Positions 47,537-57,876 are shown, counted from the first letter of the stretch. The stretch: DNA of 64,000 nucleotides from Parcubacteria group bacterium (GCA_943354475.1 CALRBT010000001.1:23807-87806); one strand, 5' to 3'. Notes: generated by a model not told the origin, from the letters alone. Program-made: numbers and translations.

Positions 47537-47995
47537 ATGAAAATATTTCTCGCGTCAGATCACGCAGGGCTCGAACTTAAAGGAAAGGTTGTTGAGTATT
47601 TGAAAGGACTTCATTTTGAAGTTGAAGATTTAGGCGCACATGTCTTAAATGAAGAGGATGATTATCCAGACTACATCTCACTCGTTGCTGCCGAAGTCTT
47701 TGTCAATCCAAGTGAGAACCGAGGAATCATCTTTGGTGGTTCAGGACAAGGTGAAGCAATTACCGCCAATCGCTTTAAACACGTTAGAGCTTGTCTCTAT
47801 TATGGTGGTGATATTGAGATTGTTAGACTTGCCCGTGAACACAATGACTCCAACGTTCTCTCGATTGGTGCACGCTTTGTTGGCCCTAAAGAAGCGCTAC
47901 AAGCTGTTGATTTATGGATCACAACACAATTTTCAAATGAAGAGAGGCATAAGCGTCGTATTGCCAAGATTGACCACTTAAATACTAACCAATGA
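47537..47995 (+). CDS. rpiB: Ribose-5-phosphate isomerase B
   Basis: MKIFLASDHAG...GGSGQGEAI...ANRF pattern; uses TGA as its stop codon. Confidence 0.85.
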   Translation: MKIFLASDHAGLELKGKVVEYLKGLHFEVEDLGAHVLNEEDDYPDYISLVAAEVFVNPSENRGIIFGGSGQGEAITANRFKHVRACLYYGGDIEIVRLAREHNDSNVLSIGARFVGPKEALQAVDLWITTQFSNEERHKRRIAKIDHLNTNQ

Positions 47996-47996
47996 G

Positions 47997-48119
47997 AAAA
48001 CTTCCAAAGTTAGCGAATTTCTTTGTTGTGTCGTTGCTGATTTCTTTCGTCGTACGTTCAGTACGTCTACAGAAATCAGCTTCCTAACGCCGCGAACTTC
48101 ATCTAGCTTTGAAAGTTTT
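47997..48119. repeat. Dispersed intergenic repeat, copy R2 (inside stem aaaacttccaaag/ctttgaaagtttt); lacks the 3' module
   Basis: ctttgttg...ttcgtcgtacgttcagtacgtctacagaaatcagcttcc is homologous to R1 and R3. Confidence 0.7.
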
Positions 48120-48130
48120 AACAAAAAATT

Positions 48131-48847
48131 ATGAGAGAATTAGAAATTGAAATTATTCCAGCAATTGGACCAAAGAATTTTGAAGATCTCAAAGCGCATC
48201 TTTCACGTCTCCGAGATATTGTTCGAATGGTGCAGATTGATGTCTGTGACGGTATTTTTGTCTCATCAAAAACCTGGCCTTATGGTAAGGATGGAGACAC
48301 TGTCTTTAAAAGCATTCTCGCGGGCGATGTCGGTTTGCCGTTTTGGGAGGATTTTGATTTTGAAGTTGACCTTATGGTTTCAAATCCGGTTGAGGCGATT
48401 GAGGATTGGATTACGGTCGGGGCATCCCGGATTATTATTCACGAAGCGAGTATTGAAGATAAAGATGAATTGGCGCACCTTATTTCAAAGATGAAAACAG
48501 AAGGGAGGGTGGATGTTGGGCTGGCAGTCACTTCAGAGACCGACCTTGATACTCTCGACCCATACGTCTCTGACCTCGACTTTATTCAGTGTATGGGTAT
48601 TAAACGTATTGGATTTTCAGGAGAGCCGTTTGATCAAGCCATCTTATCAACCATTTCAAAGTTGAGAGAACGATATCCAGAGCTTATACTAAGTGTTGAT
48701 GGTGGAGTAACGCTTGAGTCCGCGCCCCATCTCATTAATGCAGGAGCTAGTCGACTTGCTTCGACTTCAACCATTTTCAAATCAAATGACATTTCTGAAA
48801 CGATTGAGCTACTGAAGGGTGGCGTTGATTATGATTACGACGAATAA
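48131..48847 (+). CDS. rpe: Ribulose-phosphate 3-epimerase-like (RPE family TIM barrel)
   Basis: VQIDVCDG, MVSNP, VDGGV motifs in RPE order; located between rpiB and transketolase. Confidence 0.65.
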   Translation: MRELEIEIIPAIGPKNFEDLKAHLSRLRDIVRMVQIDVCDGIFVSSKTWPYGKDGDTVFKSILAGDVGLPFWEDFDFEVDLMVSNPVEAIEDWITVGASRIIIHEASIEDKDELAHLISKMKTEGRVDVGLAVTSETDLDTLDPYVSDLDFIQCMGIKRIGFSGEPFDQAILSTISKLRERYPELILSVDGGVTLESAPHLINAGASRLASTSTIFKSNDISETIELLKGGVDYDYDE

Positions 48848-48907
48848 ATTTTCAAACCTGAACTCAAAGTCAATTCTTACTCCAAATTCAAAGATATATT
48901 TAATGTA

Positions 48908-49780
48908 ATGATTGATATAAATAGAACAAATGAACTAGCGCAGGTTGCTAATAACATAAGGCAGTCAATTATTGAGATGCTTCTTCAAGCTGGTTCAGGA
49001 CACACGGCAGGACCACTTGGAATGGCGGATGTATTCACTGCGCTCTACTTTGAAATTCTACACCATGACCCAAAGCGACCTGATTGGACGGATCGAGATA
49101 GATTGGTCCTCTCCAATGGACACATCAACCCAGTTCTTTATGCGACAATGGCACACGCAGGCTATTTTCCAGTTGAGGAGTTGAAGACTCTTCGTAAATT
49201 TGGCTCTAGGCTCCAAGGTCACCCGCATCGTGAATGGCTTCCAGTTCTCGAGAATAGTTCGGGACCACTTGGCTCTGGGTTATCTCAAGCAGTTGGTATG
49301 ACACTCGCTGATAGAATGGATAAGAGTGTTACTTCAAATAGGTTTTTCTATTGTTTGCTTGGTGATGGGGAACTTGATGAAGGGCAAAACTGGGAGGCGA
49401 TGATGCTTGCCGGTAAAGAGCGGTTGCACAACCTGATTGCAATCGTTGATCGCAACAACATTCAGATTGATGGCTACACTGAGGATGTGATGCCACTTGA
49501 GTCACTCCGGGCAAAATGGGAAGCATTCAACTGGCATGTAATGGAGATTGATGGACATAATTTTAGTGAAATTATTTCAGCAGTTGAACAGGGGAAAGCG
49601 GTGTTTAATAAACCGTCAGTGATTATTGCTCACACAATCCCTGGTAAAGGTGTTGCTGAATTTGAACGAAAGTTTGAGTGGCACGGCAAGGCACCAAATA
49701 AAGAGGAAGCCGCAATGGCGCTTTCTGAACTAAGGAATCTAAGAACTTTCGGTGGTAAGATAACAGGTGAGCATGAATAA
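48908..49780 (+). CDS. Transketolase, N-terminal (TPP-binding) subunit
   Basis: GSGHTAGPLGMADVF, SNGH, GDGELDEGQNWEA. Confidence 0.85.
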   Translation: MIDINRTNELAQVANNIRQSIIEMLLQAGSGHTAGPLGMADVFTALYFEILHHDPKRPDWTDRDRLVLSNGHINPVLYATMAHAGYFPVEELKTLRKFGSRLQGHPHREWLPVLENSSGPLGSGLSQAVGMTLADRMDKSVTSNRFFYCLLGDGELDEGQNWEAMMLAGKERLHNLIAIVDRNNIQIDGYTEDVMPLESLRAKWEAFNWHVMEIDGHNFSEIISAVEQGKAVFNKPSVIIAHTIPGKGVAEFERKFEWHGKAPNKEEAAMALSELRNLRTFGGKITGEHE

Positions 49781-50204
49781 AATTATATTTAAAAAAATTT
49801 ATCACGCATTTGTTGTTATCTACTTATTCCTTTTATGGGTACCACTTTTTGGTAACAAACTTTTTTATAGTTGTGGTTTTGTCTATCCATATGGAGCTGA
49901 CACGGATCGTATATATTCCTTAAAAGAAATGTTTGACGCGAGGGTGTGTACTTTTCGATTTGGTTCAGGACTTGAGAATATATACGATACCTTTTTCAGA
50001 TCTCTTTTTGGAGTTGGGAATTTTTATATTTTCGTCAGTATCCTCTCTGGAGTACTCGTGATTTCCAGTATTCTTTTGATAAAAAGTAGGTACATATTAC
50101 CGACAAAACCGTTTTATAGGTCGTTAGATTTTTATCTGATCGTTGTCTCGTCTGTGTTACTCGTTTTCGTCCTGCTAGGTTATTTTTTAATTTTGAAAAA
50201 ATGA
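49767..50204 (+). CDS. Small membrane protein (hypothetical) wedged between the two transketolase subunit genes
   Basis: 145 aa, 3-4 TM helices; overlaps the tkt-N stop by 14 nt and the tkt-C start by 4 nt. Confidence 0.45.
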   Translation: MSMNKIIFKKIYHAFVVIYLFLLWVPLFGNKLFYSCGFVYPYGADTDRIYSLKEMFDARVCTFRFGSGLENIYDTFFRSLFGVGNFYIFVSILSGVLVISSILLIKSRYILPTKPFYRSLDFYLIVVSSVLLVFVLLGYFLILKK

Positions 50205-51184
50205 TCCCTCTAAACCCAAAACTTTTTGATAAAGACGTGGAGCAAGTACCAATCCGTAAAGGATTTGGTGAAGGATTAGTGCTTGCGGCAGAAAACGATG
50301 AGAGGGTTGTTGGACTTTGTGCCGACCTTACTGATTCAACTGTAATGAACCTCTTTAAGAGTAAGTTTCCAGATCGATTTATTCAGATGGGAGTTGCGGA
50401 ACAAAATCTTGCTTCCGTTGCATCGGGAATGGCAGCAATGGGTAAGATTCCATTTATAACCTCCTACGCAATGTTTTCCCCTGGGCGGAACTGGGAGCAG
50501 ATTCGTACCACTATTTGTTATAACGATAGACCGGTCAAGATTGCAGGTTCACACGCTGGTGTTTCGGTTGGTCCTGATGGCGGCACACACCAAGCAATAG
50601 AGGATATTGCACTAACACGAGTAATTCCGAGAATGGTAGTGCTCTCACCTTGTGATGCAATCGAAGCCAAAAAAGCGACTAGACTTGCAGCACTCACAAA
50701 TACCCCTGTTTATATTCGGCTTGCTCGAGAGAAAACTCCGGTAATAACTACAGATGAGACCCCTTTCCAAATTGGCAAAGCACAAATCTTTTATGAACCT
50801 AAAAAAGGCAAGGTGCAAGTTGGAATCATTGCAACAGGCGCACTCGTCTACAATGCAATTGTGGCAGCCAAGGAGTTAGAAGAGGAGGGGATTAAGGTCA
50901 AAGTGATGAACCTCGCGACGATTAAACCACTCGATAATGAGGCGATTATTGAGTTAGCAAAAGAATGTAAACGAATCGTTGCTGTAGAGGAACATCAAAT
51001 TGCAGGTGGAATGGGTTCTGCGGTGGCGGAGTGTTTAGCACAGCAATATCCAGTTCCCCAAGAATTTATCGGAGTTCGGGATGAGTTTGGTCAGTCAGGA
51101 ACACCATCTGAGCTTATCGAACATTATGGGATGGGAATCCGTTCAATTAAAGAAGCTGTCAAAAAAGTTTTAGCAAGAAAGTAG
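50201..51184 (+). CDS. Transketolase, C-terminal (pyrimidine-binding) subunit
   Basis: GEGLVLAAEND, MGVAEQN, GPDGGTHQAIEDIA. Confidence 0.85.
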   Translation: MIPLNPKLFDKDVEQVPIRKGFGEGLVLAAENDERVVGLCADLTDSTVMNLFKSKFPDRFIQMGVAEQNLASVASGMAAMGKIPFITSYAMFSPGRNWEQIRTTICYNDRPVKIAGSHAGVSVGPDGGTHQAIEDIALTRVIPRMVVLSPCDAIEAKKATRLAALTNTPVYIRLAREKTPVITTDETPFQIGKAQIFYEPKKGKVQVGIIATGALVYNAIVAAKELEEEGIKVKVMNLATIKPLDNEAIIELAKECKRIVAVEEHQIAGGMGSAVAECLAQQYPVPQEFIGVRDEFGQSGTPSELIEHYGMGIRSIKEAVKKVLARK

Positions 51185-51187
51185 AAC

Positions 51188-51325
51188 CAACGTTTTCGGC
51201 ACACTTCTTTGTTGCTTCGTTGTTCATTTCTTCCGCCGTACGTTTAGTACGTCTACAGAAATAAACTTCCTCGCACCTCATTGAGCACAATGACCTACTG
51301 GGTCGAATTGCATCCAAAAACGTTG
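51188..51325. repeat. Dispersed intergenic repeat, copy R3 (inside stem caacgttttcgg/ccaaaaacgttg), full length
   Basis: cacttctttgttgcttcgttgttcatttcttccgccgtacgtttagtacgtctacagaaataaacttcctcgcacctcattgagcacaatgacctactgggtcgaattgcatcca. Confidence 0.75.
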
Positions 51326-51343
51326 ATTCCAGTAATATATATT

Positions 51344-51568
51344 ATGGATATTAAAATAGGGGGAATATACGAACACGTTAAGACAGGAAATAAGTACAAG
51401 ATTATTGCTCTTGCCAAGGACTCCAAAACACTTGAGGACCTCGTGGTCTACGAGGCACTTTATCAAAATGATGTTTCTAAAATCTGGGTTAGACCCAAGG
51501 CGAGTTTTCTTGGATCCGCACTGAGCCCCGACGGTACCAAACATCCACGATTTCGAATCTGTGTATAA
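51344..51568 (+). CDS. DUF1653 domain protein
   Basis: GGIYEHVKTGNKYKI...LVVYEALY...IWVRP matches DUF1653. The ORF-track start (51281, TTG) lies inside repeat R3; ATG 51344 is preferred. Confidence 0.55.
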   Translation: MDIKIGGIYEHVKTGNKYKIIALAKDSKTLEDLVVYEALYQNDVSKIWVRPKASFLGSALSPDGTKHPRFRICV

Positions 51569-51668
51569 CACCCTTGCACTCATGTGTTTTACATTGTATC
51601 GTTAATTCATTATCAAAATGTCGTAATATAAAGCGTGTTTTACGCGTGGGATTCTCTATATATTATCT

Positions 51669-54600
51669 ATGAAATTACTCAAATCACTTGGTTTTACATT
51701 AGTCTTTACACTCGCTGTTTCTTTTGGAACCGGGACTTCCTTGGTTCACGCGGAAAATACTGATGCCGTAAGCCAGCTCAAGGCACAAATTCAAGAGCTG
51801 ATGCTCAAATTACAGGCGATGCAGAGTGGGGGTGGTAATCAGAATACCGGAGGATCAGGTAAACCGGATACTTCTGTAACAAAAAGTTACTACTGCCCAT
51901 CTTTGAATTCGGTTTCACTTTCTCGTGGACCAAGGGATGGAGGTGAGAGGGGGGGAAGTGAGGTTAGTGAGTTACAGAAATTCCTCGCAAGTTACTTTAA
52001 TCTCGACCAGGAAGAAATTGTCACTGGTTACTTTGGTACGATTACCAAAGGATATGTTGCCAGATTTCAGAAAGAAAATAACGTTAAGGCAACAGGTACT
52101 ATCGGTGAACTTACTCGAGCTGCAATTGCAAAGCACTGTGGTGGAACGCAGGGTAGTGGATTGCTTAAATTCATCTATCCAAATCCTAATGTAAAAGACG
52201 CCACTATATCATTATCCTCACTTCCAGTTACTGTAAAGTGGTCATCAATTAGTCAAGAAGTTCAGAATAAGTTTCCAAATGGTTGGATTGAGCTTTCAAT
52301 CGTTGATTATAATGGAGTGACTGTGGCCAATTTTGCTAAAGGATATCGTCTATATGAGACATCAGCAACTATAAATTCAATTGCTGACTTAACTCTTGCA
52401 CAGCCAGTATCATATAGACCTACTCCTGGAATGAAGTACAAGATTCGAGCGATACTGGAGAGTGAGTCTACAGGCGAAGCTAAAAGAGAGGTAAGTGAAA
52501 GCCAGTGGGTAACCTATATTGCTGGCGTGATTCCATCTACGACTTCTTTCTCCGCAACACCAACTTCAGGTAGTGCGCCACTTACGGTAACCTTCAAGAT
52601 CTCTACGGCGAGTGCTGGTGGCGATAACTTTGATTTTGGCGATGGATTTAATGCTTGTAGTATCCAAGGTGCTGTAATGGATGAAGGCGGTTGTACGGCA
52701 CCAATAAGTACACCATTTACACACACATATACAAAGCCTGGCACTTACAAAGTGACACATTCAAGAAGTCTGCCGTCAACAATATTGGGCACTTCACTTA
52801 TTACAGTTACTGACAACTCAGCTCCGTATCTAACCGAGCAAGTTAAATGTGTTTTCGGTGGAGCAACAACAGAGCAGAGATGCTATGCAGTTGTTGCGCC
52901 AGGTAGCACGAGTGGTGAATACGGATGTTCAGGAGTTGGGTCATGTACAATGACGGTTGGTGGCCAAAAAGGCAAAACAATTGAGTGGAAAAGTAGCTGT
53001 GGTACAAACGCCCGTACTATGGTTGACGGCACTGACAAATACGCAAACTTTAGTTGTTCAACACAAAACACAGGAAATGTATCACTGTCGTTTACAACCG
53101 ACAAAACGACTTATAGTTCTGGCGACAATATAATCTTCAATGTTAATGTAAAAAATAACACAAGCAGTAACATAACCTATCAAGTAAGTAGTTGTGGAGC
53201 CACCAATCCATTTTACGTTTACTTTAACAATGGCAATTATAAACTTTCTTTCCAACAACCTGGTTGTACAAATGTTATCCAAAAAACAGTTTCTTTGGTC
53301 CCTTCGCAATCCGCAACTTACGGCTTCACTGGAAAAGTTTTGGATTATAGTAATTCTTTAAACTCAAATTCCGTCTCTCTCGGTATGGACTTGGAAACCA
53401 GTGTTGGTAAGATTACGGCAACTAAAAATGTATTGATTAAATCGTCTACAGTCAATGCAACCCCAACCGCCACTATTGACCAGAGTTCGCTCAAAGACTT
53501 TGCTACCTACCCAACTTTCACTGGCTCGGCAACAGGAGTGACAAGTATTCGACTCGAGATTAGTCAAATATCAGGTACAACCTTGATTCAACCTAGGTCT
53601 GTTCCTGTCATTAACGGAAAATGGTCATTCAAAGCTGGAACAGAAGCACCAAGGGGAAGCTATAGGGTTATTGTGTTCGAGGATATCGGGCCTCACGATA
53701 ATATGTTGGCGCAAGCTGTCTATACCGCCACAACCCCAACCGCCACCATAGATCAGAGTTCGCTTGTTGCATACACACATCATCCAATTATCACCGGAAC
53801 CTCAAAAAATGGCACTGTTGCTGTTGCGGTTAAGTCAAACGGAGTAATTCGTTGCGGAGATCAACTCAATGGTGTCAATGTGGTAAATGGTCGCTGGTCA
53901 TTTGACGCATGTCCTGCCCCCGCCTTTGAAGGTCTAGGAAACGGCGAATATCAAGTGGTTGTACACGATGCATACCGGGGAGATTTAATAGTATCTGGTT
54001 CGTTAACCGTGAAAGAAGCTCCAACACAGACTCCAACCGCCATCATTGACCAGAGTTCACTCTATCAATCAAAAGGATTGTTCAATGTCACCGGCTCTGC
54101 TTCGAACGCAAAATCTTTGCAGATAATCATGGTGACTGGAAACTACAGTGGCGCAACGGATTGGAATAGTGCAAACGCTGCAGTAAAGGCAAACTCTATA
54201 TATAACGTAAACTCTACTGCGCGAGTAGAAAATGGTCGCTGGAGTGGAGTATTTGGTAACTCAAATGCCACTGGAGGAGTGCCAAACGGAACATATACAC
54301 TTTTGGTGTACGATTTATCAAATGATACGGTTACACCAAGGATCTTGCCAAAACTTCTAACCAGAGCAACACTGACTGTAAAGAAACCCGCTCCTGCAAT
54401 ATTTAGCATCACTCCATCTTCAGGTCCCGTCGGTACAGAGGTGATTATTCGTGGCATAGGGTTCACGGGACAGGATATCATTCGTTTCGGTAGTGGCGGC
54501 AAGCGGATAGCCAACACGAGCGGCGATGGTACGACTATTAGATACACTATTCCGTATTATGTTTCGTCATGTGACCTCTGGGACAGTATTACGACACCCT

Positions 54601-54818
54601 GCCCACAAGGATTAGGTGCCACCCTAGTGTGGCCGTCGTCTTACTCCATTTCTGTCTCGAATACAAATGGGACGAGTGCCGAAGCGGTATTTGTTGTTAC
54701 GGCGTCAACGACTACAAGCACCAGCACTCCAGTATCAGCACTTGATCAGCAGAGAATCGATCAGCTGAGCTCGGCAATCAGTGCGCTTAAGAAATTGATT
54801 GATAATTTTGGAAGATAA
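51669..54818 (+). CDS. Large secreted protein: signal peptide, peptidoglycan-binding domain, Ig-like repeats with three TPTATIDQSSL modules, C-terminal IPT/TIG-like domain
   Basis: PG_binding_1-like LQKFLASYFNL...GYFGTITKGYVARFQ; repeated (A/T)TPTA(T/I)IDQSSL; FSITPSSGPVGTEVIIRGIGF. Confidence 0.6.
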   Translation: MKLLKSLGFTLVFTLAVSFGTGTSLVHAENTDAVSQLKAQIQELMLKLQAMQSGGGNQNTGGSGKPDTSVTKSYYCPSLNSVSLSRGPRDGGERGGSEVSELQKFLASYFNLDQEEIVTGYFGTITKGYVARFQKENNVKATGTIGELTRAAIAKHCGGTQGSGLLKFIYPNPNVKDATISLSSLPVTVKWSSISQEVQNKFPNGWIELSIVDYNGVTVANFAKGYRLYETSATINSIADLTLAQPVSYRPTPGMKYKIRAILESESTGEAKREVSESQWVTYIAGVIPSTTSFSATPTSGSAPLTVTFKISTASAGGDNFDFGDGFNACSIQGAVMDEGGCTAPISTPFTHTYTKPGTYKVTHSRSLPSTILGTSLITVTDNSAPYLTEQVKCVFGGATTEQRCYAVVAPGSTSGEYGCSGVGSCTMTVGGQKGKTIEWKSSCGTNARTMVDGTDKYANFSCSTQNTGNVSLSFTTDKTTYSSGDNIIFNVNVKNNTSSNITYQVSSCGATNPFYVYFNNGNYKLSFQQPGCTNVIQKTVSLVPSQSATYGFTGKVLDYSNSLNSNSVSLGMDLETSVGKITATKNVLIKSSTVNATPTATIDQSSLKDFATYPTFTGSATGVTSIRLEISQISGTTLIQPRSVPVINGKWSFKAGTEAPRGSYRVIVFEDIGPHDNMLAQAVYTATTPTATIDQSSLVAYTHHPIITGTSKNGTVAVAVKSNGVIRCGDQLNGVNVVNGRWSFDACPAPAFEGLGNGEYQVVVHDAYRGDLIVSGSLTVKEAPTQTPTAIIDQSSLYQSKGLFNVTGSASNAKSLQIIMVTGNYSGATDWNSANAAVKANSIYNVNSTARVENGRWSGVFGNSNATGGVPNGTYTLLVYDLSNDTVTPRILPKLLTRATLTVKKPAPAIFSITPSSGPVGTEVIIRGIGFTGQDIIRFGSGGKRIANTSGDGTTIRYTIPYYVSSCDLWDSITTPCPQGLGATLVWPSSYSISVSNTNGTSAEAVFVVTASTTTSTSTPVSALDQQRIDQLSSAISALKKLIDNFGR

Positions 54819-54837
54819 TAAATTTCCACAGGTAGAT

Positions 54838-54872
54838 TAAACAAACGGCTCCTTACGGAGCCGTTTGTTGTG
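54838..54872. terminator. Bidirectional terminator between convergent genes
   Basis: aaacaaacggctcc-ttac-ggagccgtttgtt. Confidence 0.7.
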
Positions 54873-54887
54873 TGTAATCCAGATCAA

Positions 54888-55898
54888 TTAGATTTCCATC
54901 GTGCTCACCTTATAACCTTCAGGCGCTTCGTTTAAATACTTTTCAAGTGAGGCTCGATCAAGGAGACCTTTTTGAGCACCTACATATTGGACTACAGACA
55001 TTGAGTTGATTGGTCCCCAAAGGAGAGCTTCAGCGAGGCTTTTACCGAGTGCTAACGCTACTGTAACAGTTGAAGCAAAGGCATCCCCGGCACCAGTTCT
55101 TTCATAGGGCGGTTTTGGATCATGGTAAATTGGTACTTGTAAACCAACCACTCCGTCGTAAGCATAAGCACCTTTTGGACCATCAGTAATAACAACAATT
55201 TTTGGACCAAGATCGCGTACCGCCTTAAGAAGGAGGCCAACATTCTGTTCAGTACTATCGAGGATTCTTCGTGCCTCATCAGTATTACAGAAAAAGATTT
55301 CGGTGCGCTCATAAAGTTCTTTCAGTTGATCATATCCTTGCTTCATTTGAAAGGTTCCTGGCTGGAAAGCTAGTTTTATTTCTGGATTTGCTTTTAGATA
55401 AGCAACCAAGTCATCGCGTTGATAGTGTAGTGAGTTTTCAGCAAGCGAGCTGAGGTACATCCATTTTGGAGCTTCTGCGATGGCTGGTAACTTGTATTCG
55501 TACAATTGGTGTTTGACCAATATGGTCCGTTCATCTTCATACCAAAGGACGTAGTGGTAGTTAGTTTCCCTACCATCGTTTACTTCCATGAATTGTGTTC
55601 CTACATTATTTTTCTCAAGTGTCTCGAGGCATTCTTTACCATTTATGTCACTTCCAACATTAGCGATGAGCGCGCTTTTTAGCCCTAATCTTGCTGCAGA
55701 GACAGTAGCATTTGCACTATTACCAACGGCACGAATTACCTCAACGAATTCGTAGGGGATTTTGTCGCCAAATTTTACGCAGAGCTGGCAACTCTCATGA
55801 TTCATATCGCAGGTTACCTTGGCCTCTTTGATGCGAATGAATGCATCAGTGGTGATGTCGCCGATACCGATGAAGTCTAACTTGTTTGAATCTTCCAT
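54888..55898 (-). CDS. PfkB-family carbohydrate/nucleoside kinase (ribokinase-like)
   Basis: The C-terminal TGAGDAF motif and overall ribokinase-fold order. Confidence 0.7.
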   Translation of the reverse strand: MEDSNKLDFIGIGDITTDAFIRIKEAKVTCDMNHESCQLCVKFGDKIPYEFVEVIRAVGNSANATVSAARLGLKSALIANVGSDINGKECLETLEKNNVGTQFMEVNDGRETNYHYVLWYEDERTILVKHQLYEYKLPAIAEAPKWMYLSSLAENSLHYQRDDLVAYLKANPEIKLAFQPGTFQMKQGYDQLKELYERTEIFFCNTDEARRILDSTEQNVGLLLKAVRDLGPKIVVITDGPKGAYAYDGVVGLQVPIYHDPKPPYERTGAGDAFASTVTVALALGKSLAEALLWGPINSMSVVQYVGAQKGLLDRASLEKYLNEAPEGYKVSTMEI

Positions 55899-55976
55899 AT
55901 CTTTTCAGACTTATATTTTAGGAATAATAGTATGCTAGAATAATACCATACATAATCGTAATTATAATCAGCTACT

Positions 55977-56843
55977 ATGAAGAAATTGATTGAATACGTT
56001 CGCGAAGCGGAAGAGAAAAAGGTAGCTATTGGACACTTTAATATTTCAAACCTTGAAGGCTTGTGGGGGATTTTTAATGCAGCACGAAAGCTTAATGTTC
56101 CGGTGATTATTGGTGTTTCAGAAGGGGAGCGTGATTTTATTGGGATTAAGCAAGTTCGGGCGCTCGTGACCAGTCTTCAACAGGAATTTGATTACCCAAT
56201 TTTCCTCAACGCAGATCATTCGTACTCACTCGATCGAGTGAAAACTGTTGTGGATGCGGGTTTTGATGCGGCCATCTTTGATGGGGCTAAGCTTGGAACT
56301 GAGGAGAATATCGCGATTACTAAACAATGTGTGGAGTACGCCAAGTCTAAGAACCCAGAAATTCTAATAGAAGCAGAACTCGGTTATATTGGCACCTCGT
56401 CTAAAATCCTCGACAAGCTCCCCGAAGGAGTGACCCTCGATCCTGAGAGTCTTACCAAGCCTGAACAAGCCAAACACTTTGTGGAAGAGACAGGTGTCGA
56501 CTTATTTGCGCCGTCAGTTGGAAATGTGCACGGTATGTTCGTTGGAGGTGATCCAAATCTCGACATTCCTCGTATTAAAGCAATTCGCGAGGCTTGTGGC
56601 GTGCCGATGGTTCTCCATGGTGGCTCAGGTACCTCGGACGCTGACTTCCGCGCTGCAATTGAAGCCGGAATCGCTATTGTCCATATCAACACTGAGATTC
56701 GTGTCGCGTTTAGAGATGGAGTAAAGCAAGCCCTTGCTGAGCATCCAGACGAAGTAGCACCCTACAAGCTGATGAAGCCCGCACTCGAAGCTGTCGAAGC
56801 ACAGGTTTTGAAGCGTCTAAAATTGTTTAGTGGAATGGAATAA
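55977..56843 (+). CDS. fba: Class II fructose-bisphosphate aldolase (FBA/tagatose-BP aldolase family)
   Basis: VAIGHFN, NADHS, VLHGGSGTSD. Confidence 0.8.
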   Translation: MKKLIEYVREAEEKKVAIGHFNISNLEGLWGIFNAARKLNVPVIIGVSEGERDFIGIKQVRALVTSLQQEFDYPIFLNADHSYSLDRVKTVVDAGFDAAIFDGAKLGTEENIAITKQCVEYAKSKNPEILIEAELGYIGTSSKILDKLPEGVTLDPESLTKPEQAKHFVEETGVDLFAPSVGNVHGMFVGGDPNLDIPRIKAIREACGVPMVLHGGSGTSDADFRAAIEAGIAIVHINTEIRVAFRDGVKQALAEHPDEVAPYKLMKPALEAVEAQVLKRLKLFSGME

Positions 56844-56913
56844 GAATGTGATTTTATATACAAATATAAACAAAGTTGACCGTAATTTATGAAATCAAAG
56901 AAGAAAGGATTAT

Positions 56914-57810
56914 TTGATTATTAGAATTAAAATATTTAGAAATAAAAATAGTTTTATGGAAGAGTCAACGTACAGAGAAAAATTCAACCTTTTAAACCTG
57001 ATTCTAATTGCTGTTGTAAGTGTTGTTGTGGGAAATCTTATCTTCGCGTCAATTTTTGGTCACTATTTTAACCGTAGTCTCCCAGAAGATTCCACTCTGG
57101 AAGAGCTTGAAGATTGCTCAGTTATTGGTATTAGTTTACGTGGAGTATTGCTAACCTACATTCCCGATCATAGTGAAAATGATTCATCCTTTGATCATAA
57201 TGTTGTGGCGAGTGAAAGTATCATTCAGTCGATAAAACAAGCAAATCAAGATGAGAAAATTAAGGCAATTGTTGTTGAAGTAGATTCAAGCGGAGGACTT
57301 CCTGTGGCAGGAGAAGAAATAGCCACCGCCATAGGCAACAGCGATAAGCCAGTTGTGGCGCTTATAAGACAGATAGGGGCTTCTGCCTCATATTGGGCAA
57401 TAAGTAGTGCAGACAGAATATTTGCATCAAAAAATTCTGACGTAGGGAGTATTGGGGTAACAAGCTCTTACTTAAGTGGTGAAGAGAAGAATAAAAAAGA
57501 TGGATATACTTACGAACAACTAAGCGTTGGGAAATTCAAAGATTCAGGAAGTCCTGACAAGACCCTCACAAAAGAAGAAAAATCCTTGTTTTTAAGAGAT
57601 ATTAATATTGTCTACAATAATTTTATTGAAACAGTTTCAAAGAACCGTAGAATTTCAATAGATGAGGTTAAGAGTTTTGCTGACGGATCAACCGTTCTTG
57701 GGGAAAGAGCAAAATCACTTGGTTTGATTGATGAAATTGGTGGAATAGGTGACGTTGAAAGGTATATTGAGGGGAAAATAGGAGAAAAACCTGAAATCTG
57801 TTGGTACTAG
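56914..57810 (+). CDS. sppA: Signal peptide peptidase SppA (S49, 36K type); an alternative start is ATG 56956
   Basis: VVEVDSSGG, ASGGYWIS-like GASASYWAISSADRIFA, and an N-terminal TM helix. Confidence 0.7.
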   Translation: MIIRIKIFRNKNSFMEESTYREKFNLLNLILIAVVSVVVGNLIFASIFGHYFNRSLPEDSTLEELEDCSVIGISLRGVLLTYIPDHSENDSSFDHNVVASESIIQSIKQANQDEKIKAIVVEVDSSGGLPVAGEEIATAIGNSDKPVVALIRQIGASASYWAISSADRIFASKNSDVGSIGVTSSYLSGEEKNKKDGYTYEQLSVGKFKDSGSPDKTLTKEEKSLFLRDINIVYNNFIETVSKNRRISIDEVKSFADGSTVLGERAKSLGLIDEIGGIGDVERYIEGKIGEKPEICWY

Positions 57811-57876
57811 TCCTTATGAGTTAGCACTTAGAGTAAGTTTTGACTCAAAACTCCATCTGAGCTATACTACGTACCT

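Noticed and set aside
53450-54070. Three repeats of gcaaccccaaccgccac(t/c)at(t/a)ga(c/t)cagagttc(g/a)ct
   Set aside because: Coding repeats (TPTATIDQSSL modules) inside the 1049-aa surface protein; not an RNA or CRISPR feature.
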